Shown here piece by piece: positions 51,368 to 62,697 of a stretch of DNA of 64,000 nt. Location: contig JBNKUM010000067.1 in NCBI GenBank assembly GCA_050298595.1, positions 2,976 to 66,975 on the forward strand. Reading direction: 5' to 3'. Both the position numbers and the translations under genes were made by a program. Under the pieces are notes generated by a model, which was not told the DNA's origin, ran no database searches, and saw only the letters and a program-made list of their open reading frames with translations. The DNA is from Gammaproteobacteria bacterium (GTDB lineage: Bacteria > Pseudomonadota > Gammaproteobacteria > GCA-001735895). Position 1 is the first letter of the stretch; every line of letters starts with the position of its first letter.

Positions 51368-51624
51368 GCAAGTGGGCCAACAACAGGTGCATTTTGTTAT
51401 CCCCTTTTTTTTATTCATATTTATTTTTCACTGCTATACTTTGAGGACTAAAAATACCCAGGGCCAGGCGTATTGTTTTACATCAGCCAGGAATATGAAA
51501 TCTAATAAATAGAACGGAGTAGTCAGGTGCTATCTATCTCCTTAATTAAACTGGGTTATCTCAAAGACAATTGTTGTGACTTTTTACATTCACAGGCTGT
51601 GAGCTGCAAAGTACTTTTGTCGCA

Positions 51625-53700
51625 ATGAATAGCTGGAAGTTATGCATTTTGCTCTGTGCATCCGCCTTTTCTTTATCGGCTGTGGCAGGTAGTGATGACA
51701 GGCTCGATCACTTTCTTTCCTTAAGTTTTGAAGATCTGGTGAATCTGGAAACCAGTATAGCCACAGCATCTCGTCAAACCATTTCTCGAGCACCAGCAGT
51801 TGTTTCAGTAATAACAGCAGATGATATCAAGGCAACTGGAGCGGTAAATCTGGTTGACGCTTTACGTACAGTGCCGGGTCTTCACATCAGGACAGACCCC
51901 TTTGGCAACCGCCCCCTCATCCACTTCCGTGGTTCAAAAGCGGTAAATACTTTGTTAATGGTCAACGGAAACCCAATGAAAGATCTTATGTGGGTATTTG
52001 GCATATTCTGGAAAGGATTACCCGCCAGTATAATTGATCGCATAGAGATTATCCGAGGACCTGGTTCAGCACTATTTGGTGCCGATGCAGCTGCCGGTGT
52101 TATTAATGTGATCACTAAAACAGCAGGCAAGACCGAAGGTACAGAAGCAGGCTTACGTATCGGCAGCTTTAACAGCAAAACCAGCTGGCTACAGCATGGT
52201 GGTAACCTTAATGGCTTCGATATTGGGCTCACGGCCAATATTCATGATACGGATGGATATAGTCCGTTTATCTCAAGCGACAACCAAACCCTCTATGATC
52301 AGGCGCAGACAAGCAATGTTTCGCTTGCACCATCCAATGTGCATTATGGTTGGCATGGCGAAGATCTTCGGCTCTCTATTGGCAAAGGAAACTGGCGATT
52401 ACTGGCGGATTATATGGGTCATAACGATATTCAAACCGGCATGACTGGAACTGCTGTGATCGATCCGCTTACTGTGGCCAGTGATAGCAGATATAACATT
52501 GATGTACTGTATAGCAATGATAACCTGTATGAAGACTGGTTGATCAATGCTGATTTTGGATATGAGCATTTGCAGTATGATTCCGGTGAAGGGTTTCAGG
52601 AACGGCCACCAGGCTTTGTTGATTCCAGTGGCGTTTACCCGAACGGTCTTATCAACCAGATGGAATCGGCTGAGCGTAGTCTGTCTTTTGAAGCCAGCGG
52701 TTTGTATAGTGGTTTTGAAAACCATGTACTTCGCGTCGGTGCGGGTTATTCGGTAAAAGATTTATACTCAGTCGTGCAACGGGTGAACTTTGGACTGGGA
52801 CCCGATGGCAATCAGTTGCCCGCTGGTGGACCGCTGGTTGATGTATCGGATACGCCGTACGCATTCGCCCCTGAAAAAAAACGTGAAATTGCTCATCTGT
52901 TTATTCAGGATATCTGGACTATTACTGACGACTGGGAGCTGACTGCTGGTGCGCGCTACGACGACTATTCTGATTTTGGCGATACGCTGAATCCACGTCT
53001 GGCTCTGGTATGGCAAACTACCGATAAACTAACTAGTAAGTTCATGTATGGAAAAGCATTCCGGGCGCCTTCTTTCCAGCAGCTTTTTTCTGAAACCTCT
53101 CGCGCCCTGCCTAACGACCAGCTTGATGCAGAAGAGTTTGATACGACTGAACTATCACTTTCATATGCCGCAACACAAAAACTTCAACTATCGATGAATA
53201 TGTTCCACCTTAATCAGGAAAATATTATTCAGCGTGTGGCAGTCAGCGGTCTAACCAAGAATCAATATAATAACATTGGAGATCACTGGACCAGGGGCTT
53301 CGAACTCGAAATGAAGTGGCAGACACTGCCGGATCTTAGAATGTCGGCAAACTATGCAGTTCAGCAGCAGAAAGATGATGAGTTTCGATATTTTCTGGTT
53401 CCAGAACAGTCTGCCTACCTGCGTGCTGACTGGTCATTTCACCCCAAATGGAACTGGGATTTTCAGGCAAACTGGATTGGTGAGCGGGTACGCCCATCTA
53501 CTGACACCCGCCCCTCACTTGCCGCTTATACGATTAGCGATACAACGCTTCGTTACACCGATTCAAACTCCTGGTCATTTGCCGCTTCGGTAAGAAATCT
53601 TTTTGACGAGGAGGCAAAAGAATATAGTTCGGGTTCTCTTGAGGATGACCTGCCATTACCAGAACGTAGTTTTTATGTTGAGATGCAATATAAATTTTAA
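51625..53700 (+). CDS. TonB-dependent outer-membrane receptor
   Basis: 691 aa with a signal peptide. Plug motifs (VSVITADDIKATGAVNLVDALRTVPGL, IEIIRGPGSALFG). The barrel ends in a terminal aromatic residue (EMQYKF). Confidence 0.9.
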   Translation: MNSWKLCILLCASAFSLSAVAGSDDRLDHFLSLSFEDLVNLETSIATASRQTISRAPAVVSVITADDIKATGAVNLVDALRTVPGLHIRTDPFGNRPLIHFRGSKAVNTLLMVNGNPMKDLMWVFGIFWKGLPASIIDRIEIIRGPGSALFGADAAAGVINVITKTAGKTEGTEAGLRIGSFNSKTSWLQHGGNLNGFDIGLTANIHDTDGYSPFISSDNQTLYDQAQTSNVSLAPSNVHYGWHGEDLRLSIGKGNWRLLADYMGHNDIQTGMTGTAVIDPLTVASDSRYNIDVLYSNDNLYEDWLINADFGYEHLQYDSGEGFQERPPGFVDSSGVYPNGLINQMESAERSLSFEASGLYSGFENHVLRVGAGYSVKDLYSVVQRVNFGLGPDGNQLPAGGPLVDVSDTPYAFAPEKKREIAHLFIQDIWTITDDWELTAGARYDDYSDFGDTLNPRLALVWQTTDKLTSKFMYGKAFRAPSFQQLFSETSRALPNDQLDAEEFDTTELSLSYAATQKLQLSMNMFHLNQENIIQRVAVSGLTKNQYNNIGDHWTRGFELEMKWQTLPDLRMSANYAVQQQKDDEFRYFLVPEQSAYLRADWSFHPKWNWDFQANWIGERVRPSTDTRPSLAAYTISDTTLRYTDSNSWSFAASVRNLFDEEAKEYSSGSLEDDLPLPERSFYVEMQYKF

Positions 53701-53761
53701 GGATTGATATCATCAGGATGAAAAGACAAAAAAGAATGGCAAGGCATCTGGCCAACCGGGA

Positions 53762-54334
53762 ATGGAGTATCTGTTGAAGCCTATGATAAGGACATGGATG
53801 CTGTGGCTTCTACTATGCCTGTTGTCAGGCATGAAAAATATTGCTGTTGCTGAACAATACCCCGCTGAGGTTCATTTATTTAAAGCTGCTTACATCTACA
53901 ATTTTGGCAAACTGGTGAGTTGGCCAGAGGGAACCTGGCAATCTCAGGAAAGCCCCTTCACTCTATGTACTCTTGGTCAGGATGATGTTATCAATGCGCT
54001 AAATAAATTAGGTGGAAGGAAAATTCAAGGCCACCGTGTCACTATTCAATCGTTTAAAAATAATTTCCCTACAGGTCATTGTCAGATACTGTATATCGCT
54101 AAGAGCAGCGCCCACAACTATCCAGATAAACAGGATAAAGCCTCCCAGCAGGCACTATTAACGGTTAGTGAAATTCCTGGCTTTATAGATCAGGGTGGCA
54201 TTATCGAGCTCTATCGAGAAGATAATCGAACCCGCTTTAAGATTAATCTTGGCAAAGCTCGTGAACTGGGTCTCGAGATCAGTTCTCGATTGTTGACCCT
54301 GGCAACATCTGTTGAGGATAAAATAAAACAATGA
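53762..54334 (+). CDS. YfiR-family (DUF4154) periplasmic protein
   Basis: 190 aa with a signal sequence. Family pattern [16 protein letters not shown]...FTLCTLG...CQILYIAKS. Confidence 0.75.
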   Translation: MEYLLKPMIRTWMLWLLLCLLSGMKNIAVAEQYPAEVHLFKAAYIYNFGKLVSWPEGTWQSQESPFTLCTLGQDDVINALNKLGGRKIQGHRVTIQSFKNNFPTGHCQILYIAKSSAHNYPDKQDKASQQALLTVSEIPGFIDQGGIIELYREDNRTRFKINLGKARELGLEISSRLLTLATSVEDKIKQ

Positions 54335-56232
54335 TCCTCAGAAATGCCAAAATACAGCAAAAGCTGGAAGCTATCATGCTCATCACCACGGCAGCTGTAT
54401 TAGTGCCGTGTATCCTTGCATTCATGTTTCTTGAGGCCTCATCGGCACGTGATGAGGCCATCATACGTTTAGAATCTCTGGCAACTGTTTTAGCGGTCAA
54501 CAGTAGTGCCGCAATTGCTTTCAGGGATGAGAAGGCAGCATCCGAAGTTATCAACAGCCTTTCTTCTCAGGGTGATATCATCTGGTCAGGCATTCGACTG
54601 ATGAATGGGGAGCTGTTTATCGTGACTAAATCCGGAAGTTTCGAGAAAACCCGTATCCCAAATATCTGGCTTTCAATGTTCAAATCTTTACTGGGTAATA
54701 TCGAGGTAAAAAAAGCGATTGTATTCGATGGGTCCAAGCTTGGTGATTTCATCATTATTGGTGATATGAGTCGGCTGTATCATCATCTCATTCAGCAAAT
54801 ATACGTCGGCCTGGGCATGTTTGTTATCGCCATGCTAATAGCTCTGGTTCTGGCTGATCGGCTGCAACTGGTAGTTTCTGTGCCGGTAAAGAGATTGCTA
54901 GAAACCATGGAAAAAGTCATAGCAGGAAAAGGTTTTGGCTTTAGAGCTGAACGAGTCAGTAATGACGAACTTGGTATTTTGGTCGATGGGTTCAACGAGA
55001 TGCTGCAAAAGATTCAATCCTATGATGAAGAACTGAATAGTCAGCAGAAAAATCTTGAGCTGCAGGTTATAGAGAGAACCCAGCAGCTACAGGAGTCAAA
55101 GATACAGGCTGAATCAGCCAATAAGGCAAAAAGTCTTTTTCTTGCCACCATGAGTCATGAGATACGAACGCCTTTGAATGGTGTGGTGGGGATGATTCAG
55201 GTGTTACGCGAAACGGCGCTGGATAAAGAGCAGCAAAAGTATATCGAGACTCTGGATAGCTCAAGTAAGAGTCTGATGATGCTGATTGATGACCTGCTTG
55301 ATCTTTCAAAAATCGAGTCGGGGAAACTGATATTGGACATTGAACCTTTCTCAAGTAGACAGTGGATAGGCGATATTAGAAATCTGGTCAGCCCTCTTTT
55401 TGACGGTACTCAGGTCGAATTCGACATTAAAGTAAGCAATAACTTGCCGGCCTATCTGCAAGGAGATGCTGCCCGACTGCTTCAGATCGTAGTGAATCTT
55501 GTGACTAATGCGGCCAAATTTACCCGATTTGGAAGGGTGACATTAGATATAGGCGGCCAGCCAGCAAAACAGGGTTATTATGATTTGAGGCTATCCGTTG
55601 AAGATACCGGAATTGGCATACAGGAAGATAAGCTGGATCTCATCTTCAAAGCTTTTCAACAATTAGAAGTGGACCAGATCACCAATAAAGGGGTCGGCCT
55701 TGGGCTTGCGATATGCAAGAGGTTGGCAGATATCATGCAAGGAAGCCTGCGCGTTACCTCTCAACCTGAAGAGGGAAGTTGCTTTACCTTAGAGGTGACT
55801 CTGGCTGAAGCTGAAGTAGGCAGTGATAGCGTCAATAGTGACAATATGCTGGTCATAAACCGGAACCTTTCGGTTCTATTGGTTGATGATGACAATATAA
55901 ATCGTTTTGTTGCACGGTCATTACTGGAAAATGTCGGAATAAAAATCACTGAAGCTCAGAATGGTCAAATTGCCTATGACAAAGTCAAACAGCAGGCATT
56001 TGACCTGATTTTAATGGATATTCAAATGCCTGTAGTGGATGGCATAACAGCGACAAAAATGATTCGAGAATCCGAGGGTGAGGCTCATCGAGTTCCTATC
56101 ATCGGTATAAGTGCCAGCGTCATGAGTGATGAAAAAATTCGCTATCTTGATTCGGGTATGGATGCTGTAGTTGAGAAACCATTGGTGGTCGAGAAGCTGT
56201 TTAAAACTATTCAATCCCTGCTGTATAAGTAG
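54331..56232 (+). CDS. Hybrid histidine kinase with small periplasmic (CHASE8-like) sensor, HAMP, HisKA-HATPase and receiver
   Basis: 633 aa. N-terminus [23 protein letters not shown]...[24 protein letters not shown] resembles the CHASE8-type sensor found in YfiN-like proteins (needs an HMM check). [16 protein letters not shown]; receiver [11 protein letters not shown]...[15 protein letters not shown] overlap with the YfiR-like gene. Confidence 0.85.
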   Translation: MILRNAKIQQKLEAIMLITTAAVLVPCILAFMFLEASSARDEAIIRLESLATVLAVNSSAAIAFRDEKAASEVINSLSSQGDIIWSGIRLMNGELFIVTKSGSFEKTRIPNIWLSMFKSLLGNIEVKKAIVFDGSKLGDFIIIGDMSRLYHHLIQQIYVGLGMFVIAMLIALVLADRLQLVVSVPVKRLLETMEKVIAGKGFGFRAERVSNDELGILVDGFNEMLQKIQSYDEELNSQQKNLELQVIERTQQLQESKIQAESANKAKSLFLATMSHEIRTPLNGVVGMIQVLRETALDKEQQKYIETLDSSSKSLMMLIDDLLDLSKIESGKLILDIEPFSSRQWIGDIRNLVSPLFDGTQVEFDIKVSNNLPAYLQGDAARLLQIVVNLVTNAAKFTRFGRVTLDIGGQPAKQGYYDLRLSVEDTGIGIQEDKLDLIFKAFQQLEVDQITNKGVGLGLAICKRLADIMQGSLRVTSQPEEGSCFTLEVTLAEAEVGSDSVNSDNMLVINRNLSVLLVDDDNINRFVARSLLENVGIKITEAQNGQIAYDKVKQQAFDLILMDIQMPVVDGITATKMIRESEGEAHRVPIIGISASVMSDEKIRYLDSGMDAVVEKPLVVEKLFKTIQSLLYK

Positions 56233-56236
56233 TCGT

Positions 56237-56256
56237 CCCTGAAAAAGTTTTCAGGG
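56237..56256 (+). terminator. Stem-loop after the kinase gene
   Basis: ccctgaaa-aagt-tttcaggg: 8-bp stem beginning 5 nt after the stop. No T-tract follows. Confidence 0.4.
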
Positions 56257-56280
56257 CGCGTTCCATAGTGTTGTGAATAA

Positions 56281-56412
<132 letters not shown>

Positions 56413-56745
56413 TCAGTTAGAAAAAGAGCAAACAGATAACTTGTTGAAAAATAGGTAAAAATCAATGCGATTGCCTGCAAATTCTGTTCACTCATTGGGC
56501 AACCTGATAAAGCTATAAGCATTTGTGAAAAATACATGTCCAACTGCGGAATCCAGGATTATTTTGCCAATCCTCGAATTGTCCGTAGAGAGCTATACGG
56601 AATAGCTACTTATCGCTGCTTTACCAAAAAGTAATTGCTGAGTTTAATTGACGCAATATGCATATATCTTAAATAATTAATGCGACATGATATTTAATAA
56701 GCTACAGTACGCAATATAAACAACAATTACACATATGTCGACATC

Positions 56746-58236
56746 ATGAAAGATACGAATCTACCTCCATCTGTCCTCCACAATCGGCTCGATAGCCATG
56801 GCAAAGCTATAGCCTGGGACACTCAGTCATTTCATGACGCACTGATCGCTGCTGGTGCCAACCACTCGTTGCGGACTTCGGAAAGAGAGCTGGAGAATCT
56901 ACTCCCTGCTGCCGTATCGGTGGACAATCTGATCGATGAGACAGGTCGTCAAGCTCTGAAGCTGGTCGTCAGGCAACTGCTGGATGATGTTAAACGCAAG
57001 CGCCACCAGTCCTTGATCCTGCAGCTTGTTGCCTTGCCTGAATCCGGATATCTGTTGCTGGCAAACGATGGTCGTTCTGGCAGGAGATGGATTTTTATTA
57101 ATGAGCTGGATCATCAGACGCTGATAGATGCACTGGACTTATTGGCCGCCGGAAAAACTACATTGTTCTGGCCACATGGCGAGGTGACAAAATATTGCAG
57201 AGATCTGGTGCGGGTACAGGGCAGCATCAAACTCGATTTAGCATCAGGAACTGCTGCATCTCTGGCTACCGTAATATACCGTGAGCCCCTTACGCTACAG
57301 ACCCAGACTCGCCAGAGTGCCGAGTTGATCGAGAAGGCACAACTCTCGCACCTGGACAGGTTAGAGGCCGAGAGCATCTATATCATCCGGGAGGTTGTTG
57401 CCCAGGCGGAAAACCCTGTCATGCTCTACTCAATCGGCAAAGACTCATCTGTGATGTTGCATCTGGCCAAAAAGGCGTTCTACCCCAGCCCGCCTCCATT
57501 CCCGTTGATGCATGTAGATACGCGCTGGAAATTCACCGCTATGTATGACTTTCGGGATCGCATGGCAGAAGAAGTAGGTATGGATCTGATTGTTCACACC
57601 AATCCTGAAGGCATAGAAAAAAATATCAACCCCTACGACCATGGCAGTGCGCTACACACCGACGTGATGAAAACTCAGGGCCTGAAACAGGCACTGGACA
57701 AATACAAATTTGATGCTGCCCTTGGTGGGGCCAGAAGAGACGAGGAAAAAAGCAGAGCGAAGGAAAGGGTCTTCTCGTTCAGATCCACAGCCCATCGCTG
57801 GGACCCGAAGAACCAGAGGCCAGAGCTGTGGAATCTATACAACGGGTACAAGAAAAAGGATGAAAGCATCCGCGTGTTTCCTTTGTCCAACTGGACAGAG
57901 CTGGATATCTGGCAATACATATATCGAGAGAGCATACCCATCGTTCCTCTTTATTTCGCGGCAGAACGGCCAGTTGTTATGCAGGATGGCATGCTGGTGC
58001 TGGTGGACGATGACAGAATGCACCTGTTTGAAGATGACAAGATTGAAATCCGCAAGGTACGTTTCCGTACACTGGGTTGCTATCCGCTGACCGGTGCCGT
58101 CGAATCAGAGGCGGACAATCTCTCCTCTATCGTTCTTGAACTGCTACAGAGCAGAACCAGCGAACGAGAGGGTCGAGCCATAGATAGTGATTCATCTGCA
58201 TCCATGGAAAAGAAAAAACAGGAGGGCTACTTCTGA
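56746..58236 (+). CDS. cysD: Sulfate adenylyltransferase subunit 2 (CysD) with ~190-aa N-terminal in-frame extension
   Basis: Residues ~196-496 are collinear with canonical ~305-aa CysD ([66 protein letters not shown]). The frame stays open upstream to ATG 56746. An internal TTG at 57325 would give a canonical-length protein. Confidence 0.85.
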   Translation: MKDTNLPPSVLHNRLDSHGKAIAWDTQSFHDALIAAGANHSLRTSERELENLLPAAVSVDNLIDETGRQALKLVVRQLLDDVKRKRHQSLILQLVALPESGYLLLANDGRSGRRWIFINELDHQTLIDALDLLAAGKTTLFWPHGEVTKYCRDLVRVQGSIKLDLASGTAASLATVIYREPLTLQTQTRQSAELIEKAQLSHLDRLEAESIYIIREVVAQAENPVMLYSIGKDSSVMLHLAKKAFYPSPPPFPLMHVDTRWKFTAMYDFRDRMAEEVGMDLIVHTNPEGIEKNINPYDHGSALHTDVMKTQGLKQALDKYKFDAALGGARRDEEKSRAKERVFSFRSTAHRWDPKNQRPELWNLYNGYKKKDESIRVFPLSNWTELDIWQYIYRESIPIVPLYFAAERPVVMQDGMLVLVDDDRMHLFEDDKIEIRKVRFRTLGCYPLTGAVESEADNLSSIVLELLQSRTSEREGRAIDSDSSASMEKKKQEGYF

Positions 58237-60104
58237 TGAACGAGCTTATTAAACAGGTCGATGACTACATAGAAACTCAGTCAAAACTTGACCTTCTCAG
58301 ATTCATCACTTGCGGTAGCGTGGATGACGGCAAGAGCACACTTATCGGCAGGATGCTGTATGATGCTCAGTTACTCTTTGAAGATCAGGTTAGCGCTCTT
58401 CAGAGCGATTCCAGAAAGATGGGAACCCAGGGGGGCGATATAGACTTCGCGTTGCTGGTCGATGGACTGGGAGCCGAACGGGAACAGGGAATTACCATTG
58501 ATGTAGCCTACCGCTACTTCAATACCGACAGACGAAAGTTTATCGTGGCGGATACACCGGGGTACGAACAGTACACCCGTAACATGGTAACCGGGGCCTC
58601 TACTGCAGACGTCGCTGTGATACTTGTGGATGCATCGCAGGGGATTCTTAGTCAGACCCGCAGGCACTCATTCATCGCTTCGCTGCTGGGTATCAAGCAT
58701 GTGGTCCTTGCGATCAACAAAATGGATATAGTCGACTATAAAGAAACGATATTCGATCAAATCCATGAAGCCTACCTGAATTTTGCCGAGCTACTGAACT
58801 TTGAGGCTATCACAGCCATTCCGCTATCGGCACTGAAGGGCGACAACGTTATTCAGCGCTCCAAAATGACAGACTGGTATCACGGCCCAACCTTGCTGGG
58901 TTTCCTGGAAACCGTTGATGTTCGAAAATCCCAGCTAGACTATCCATTCCGCTACCCGGTTCAGTGGGTTAATCGTCCAAATTCTGAATTCCGTGGTTTT
59001 TCTGGTACTGTCGTCGCTGGCAGTATTGCGCGCGGCGAAGCAGTCAGAGTGCTGCCTTCTGGAGAAGTCGCCAATGTGAAGGAAATCGTACTGTATCAGG
59101 ATCAGCTCAGCCGCTGTGTTGCTGATCAGTCCGTTACCATTACCCTGGACAGGGAGATCGATATTTCACGCGGAGACATACTCGTTACCGCTGATGACCC
59201 CTGTGAAGTATCCGACCAGTTTGAGGTTACCCTCGTCTGGATGGATCAGGAAGAAGGTTTTGCCGGTCGCTCCTACCTGATGAAAATTGGCACCCAGCTG
59301 GTTAATGCCACAATCACAGACATCAAATACAAGTACGACATCAATACACACGACCGGCTCTCCTCCAAGACATTGCACCTCAATGAAATTGGTCGCGCCA
59401 CCATAAGTCTCGACAAAGCAGTACCTTTTGAGGCCTACGAAAAATGCAGGCAAATGGGAGCCTTCGTACTAATTGACCGCTACCGTTTCGCCACGGTATC
59501 AGCCGGGATGATTTCTTTCGCCCTGCGTCGCGCGAGTAATGTACACACCCAGGCCCTCACTGTTGACAGAGCAGCACGGGAACGGCTGAATAATCACAGC
59601 GGCAAGGTCATCTGGTTTACAGGGCTGAGCGGATCAGGAAAGTCGACGCTGGCTAACGCCATGGAACAACAGCTGTACAAACGGGGTATTCGCACCTACA
59701 TACTGGATGGTGACAATGTCCGACAGGGACTCAACAAGGATCTAGGCTTTACCGATGCAGACAGAGTCGAAAATATCCGGCGCATTGCCGAGGTGGCCAA
59801 ACTCATGGTTGATGCTGGTCTGGTGGTGATGACCGCCTTCATTTCTCCATTCCGTTCAGAGCGCGACATGGCGCGCTCTCTGTTCGGCGAAGGTGAGTTT
59901 ATAGAGGTGTTTGTCGATACGCCACTGGCGATAGCTGAGGAGCGAGATCCGAAAGGACTGTACAGGAAAGCTCGTCGTGGAGAACTACCCCACTTTACCG
60001 GCATAGACAGCCCTTACGAAGCACCGGAAGCGCCCGAACTTGATTTGAATACAGGAAGCTTATCGATTGACGAATGTGTCGAGAAGTTGCTGAAATTATT
60101 CTGA
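58236..60104 (+). CDS. cysNC: Bifunctional sulfate adenylyltransferase subunit 1 / adenylylsulfate kinase (CysN-CysC fusion, NodQ-like)
   Basis: 622 aa. GTPase part: [28 protein letters not shown]-kinase part: [17 protein letters not shown] overlaps the cysD stop (TGATG). Confidence 0.9.
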   Translation: MNELIKQVDDYIETQSKLDLLRFITCGSVDDGKSTLIGRMLYDAQLLFEDQVSALQSDSRKMGTQGGDIDFALLVDGLGAEREQGITIDVAYRYFNTDRRKFIVADTPGYEQYTRNMVTGASTADVAVILVDASQGILSQTRRHSFIASLLGIKHVVLAINKMDIVDYKETIFDQIHEAYLNFAELLNFEAITAIPLSALKGDNVIQRSKMTDWYHGPTLLGFLETVDVRKSQLDYPFRYPVQWVNRPNSEFRGFSGTVVAGSIARGEAVRVLPSGEVANVKEIVLYQDQLSRCVADQSVTITLDREIDISRGDILVTADDPCEVSDQFEVTLVWMDQEEGFAGRSYLMKIGTQLVNATITDIKYKYDINTHDRLSSKTLHLNEIGRATISLDKAVPFEAYEKCRQMGAFVLIDRYRFATVSAGMISFALRRASNVHTQALTVDRAARERLNNHSGKVIWFTGLSGSGKSTLANAMEQQLYKRGIRTYILDGDNVRQGLNKDLGFTDADRVENIRRIAEVAKLMVDAGLVVMTAFISPFRSERDMARSLFGEGEFIEVFVDTPLAIAEERDPKGLYRKARRGELPHFTGIDSPYEAPEAPELDLNTGSLSIDECVEKLLKLF

Positions 60105-60109
60105 TGAAT

Positions 60110-60636
60110 AAGTCCTACTACAGAGAAACGCATCTCTAAAGCATGGCAAAAGTACTGTCCTGGTGGGTGACGGCAACGCTCACCAGGGGCCTCATTGCGT
60201 TCTTTATAACCAGTGATTTTATACGGCTCTGACCATCCAGTGATCATGGCAAAGGATACCCTTGAAATGAGGCAGGATGCCGGTTTCATCGGCCTGAGCC
60301 AGTTTGTCTTTAGTCAACTGTTCAAATTGGAATAAACTCGACGATATAGGGATCATCCGTCTTTTTCAGCATCTTGCCCATATACCCTGTTTGAGCTCCT
60401 GAGGGTTTGTCTGATTTCTTGTGTGAGGTCTTTAAACGATTTGGATCACTCGACGGTGGCTTGCTGCTGTTTTTACTGGTCAGTGTTGTGCGGTTTATCA
60501 GCACAGAAACTAACAGCAGCAGAACCTTTAAAGCGGCTCGAACAGAAGATGACAGTCCAAGTTCCTGGTCAATCAGTTGCCGGGCATTATGGAGAGTCTT
60601 TTCAACCTCAATCGAATCTATTTTCAATGGATACAC
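60110..60636 (-). pseudogene. Decayed IS66-family transposase (TnpC) remnant
   Basis: ORF 60322..60636 has the IS66 N-terminal hallmark KNSSKPPSSDPN...KPSGAQTGYMG. Downstream fragments read ADETGILPHFKGILCHDHW and then shift frame. Internal deletions are evident and there is no tnpA/tnpB. Confidence 0.65.
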
Positions 60637-61154
60637 CCGTCCCTTTCAGTACAGGGGTATTCTCGTATGACTTTTCAGGGGCGACTTTTTCTCTTTGTAT
60701 AGCTCTGTGCGCCGTTAAAAAAATGAATTCATGAATGGGGTCACTGTCATGCTGTTAAAGCAATTAAACATTATCAGGTACGACCTGAGTACGCTTTATT
60801 ATACGATTGATAATTCTTGTGAAATTTTCAAAAAACCTATGAAATCCACCCAAGCTTTTTTTATGATTAATTTACGGTGAGTAGTTACACTTAAATTTTA
60901 AATAAGTGTTATAAATCTGTGCATAAATATGGGGCAGAGAGCATTATTCTCTAATGCTGGAATCAATGGCTCTATGCTCCGGACTTTAGCAGTAATCTTT
61001 CACCAGCTCTGAATAATATTAAGCGCGCTCGGTTAGAACTTGATTTTGTCCATGTTTCTATATAAATACACTGTATTGAGTATTTGTATAGAAAGAATTT
61101 GATTATTGAGTAGTATCGTGGCCACAATGTTCCTATTCACTAAGATCTTAAGCT

Positions 61155-62648
61155 ATGGCAAATAAAAATATAGACGTCCTTTTAGTCGGTGCGGGAGCAA
61201 TGAGCGCGACTTTAGGCTCTATGCTCAACCAGCTCGATCAAAACCTTACTATCACCATGGTAGAAAAGCTCGATAAGCCATTACAGGAAAGTAGCGATGG
61301 CTGGAATAATGCAGGCACTGGACATGCCGCTTATTGCGAACTCAACTACACGCCAGAGAAAGAGGACGGAAGTATCGACGTCCATAGAGCCTATGGTATC
61401 AATGCGCGCTACGAAGTAAGCCTGCAATACTGGTCACATCTGGTTAAGAGTGGAGCACTACCATCGCCAGAAAAGTTCATTAACCCTGTCCCGCATATTA
61501 GTTTTGTATGGGGTGAGGCAAACGTAGAGTTTTTACGTAAACGTCATCAGTTATTAATTGAACACCCGATGTTTGAACAAATGGAGTTTACCGAAGACCA
61601 CGAAGTTTTAAAGCAGTGGCTCCCTTTAATGATGAAAAACAGAGATCCTGCGCAAAAGCTCGCTGCTACCAGGGTTTCTTATGGAACCGATGTGAATTTT
61701 GCTGCCGTAAGTAGAGGCATGATTAATCACCTGAAAACTCAGGATAGCTTCAACCTACTACTTAACAGCTCGGTTGAAGATTTAGTACAAAACCCTGACT
61801 CAAGCTGGCAAGCCACTATAAAGAATATTCAGACTGGAGAGACTGAAAAAATTAACGCAAAATTTGTATTTATAGGAGCTGGTGGGGCAGCACTTCCTCT
61901 ATTGCAAAAATCAGGGATTGAGAATATTAATGGTTATGCCGGTTTTCCGGTGAGTGGTCAGTGGCTGGTGTGCAAAAATCCGGATATTGTTAATCAGCAC
62001 ATGGCGAAGGCGTATGGTAAAGCACCGTTAAACGGGCCACCGATGTCTGTACCCCATCTGGACACGCGAATAATCGACGGTGAAAAAGCCTTATTATTTG
62101 GCCCTTTTGCCGGGTTCACTACCAAATTTTTAATCCATGGTTCTATTTTTGATTTATTTAAATCTATTCGTTTAGACAACCTCTGGCCGTTATTAAATGT
62201 TGGCTTAAGAAACTTTGCCCTGATTAAATACCTGATCACTGAAGTCCTGCAAACACATAAGTCGCGCATGGTTGCTTTACGAGATTTCTATCCTGATGCC
62301 AAAAGTTCTGACTGGAAGCTGGCTAAAGCTGGCCAACGCGTTCAAATCATCAAAAAATGTCCCGAAAAGGGTGGCAAATTAGAGTTTGGAACAGAGGTTG
62401 TACACTCGAATGATGGCACATTAGCAGGCTTACTGGGCGCATCTCCTGGCGCATCATTACTGGTACCAATTATTTTAGAAGTTATTGAAGATTGTTTTAG
62501 CGAAAAGCTGGCGACACCGGAATGGCATAAAAAGATTAGACAAATTATCCCATCCTATGGAATATCCATCGTTTCCCATAAGGATTTATTTATGTCGATT
62601 CGTGAAGACACTTTATCTACGCTAAAATTAAACAGGAATTTAAATTGA
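61155..62648 (+). CDS. mqo: Malate:quinone oxidoreductase
   Basis: 497 aa. DVLLVGAGAMSATLG and ESSDGWNNAGTGHAAYCELNYTP are typical Mqo N-terminal signatures. Confidence 0.9.
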   Translation: MANKNIDVLLVGAGAMSATLGSMLNQLDQNLTITMVEKLDKPLQESSDGWNNAGTGHAAYCELNYTPEKEDGSIDVHRAYGINARYEVSLQYWSHLVKSGALPSPEKFINPVPHISFVWGEANVEFLRKRHQLLIEHPMFEQMEFTEDHEVLKQWLPLMMKNRDPAQKLAATRVSYGTDVNFAAVSRGMINHLKTQDSFNLLLNSSVEDLVQNPDSSWQATIKNIQTGETEKINAKFVFIGAGGAALPLLQKSGIENINGYAGFPVSGQWLVCKNPDIVNQHMAKAYGKAPLNGPPMSVPHLDTRIIDGEKALLFGPFAGFTTKFLIHGSIFDLFKSIRLDNLWPLLNVGLRNFALIKYLITEVLQTHKSRMVALRDFYPDAKSSDWKLAKAGQRVQIIKKCPEKGGKLEFGTEVVHSNDGTLAGLLGASPGASLLVPIILEVIEDCFSEKLATPEWHKKIRQIIPSYGISIVSHKDLFMSIREDTLSTLKLNRNLN

Positions 62649-62650
62649 AC

Positions 62651-62682
62651 CTGAATCCGCAGTGGCTCAACTGCGGATCCAG
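62651..62682. terminator. Bidirectional stem-loop between convergent mqo and prpF; sequence-related to the MITE terminal repeats
   Basis: ctgaatccgcagt-ggctca-actgcggatccag: 13-bp stem with one mismatch, 6-nt loop. The left flank ttgaacctgaatccgcagtgg nearly matches the left end of the 6850-7091 element. Confidence 0.55.
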
Positions 62683-62697
62683 CTTGAAAGAAGTTTC

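Noticed and set aside
51370-51624. Leader of the TonB-dependent receptor gene examined for a cobalamin or other riboswitch, or a Fur box
   Set aside because: No B12-box-like element and no convincing Fur-type 19-bp palindrome were seen by eye. The T8 run at ~51415 follows only a weak 5-bp AT-rich stem.
60014-60289. 91-aa minus-strand ORF overlapping the 3' end of cysNC
   Set aside because: It is not an independent gene. Its 5' part is a frameshifted piece of the IS66 transposase remnant, and its 3' part is antisense read-through into cysNC.
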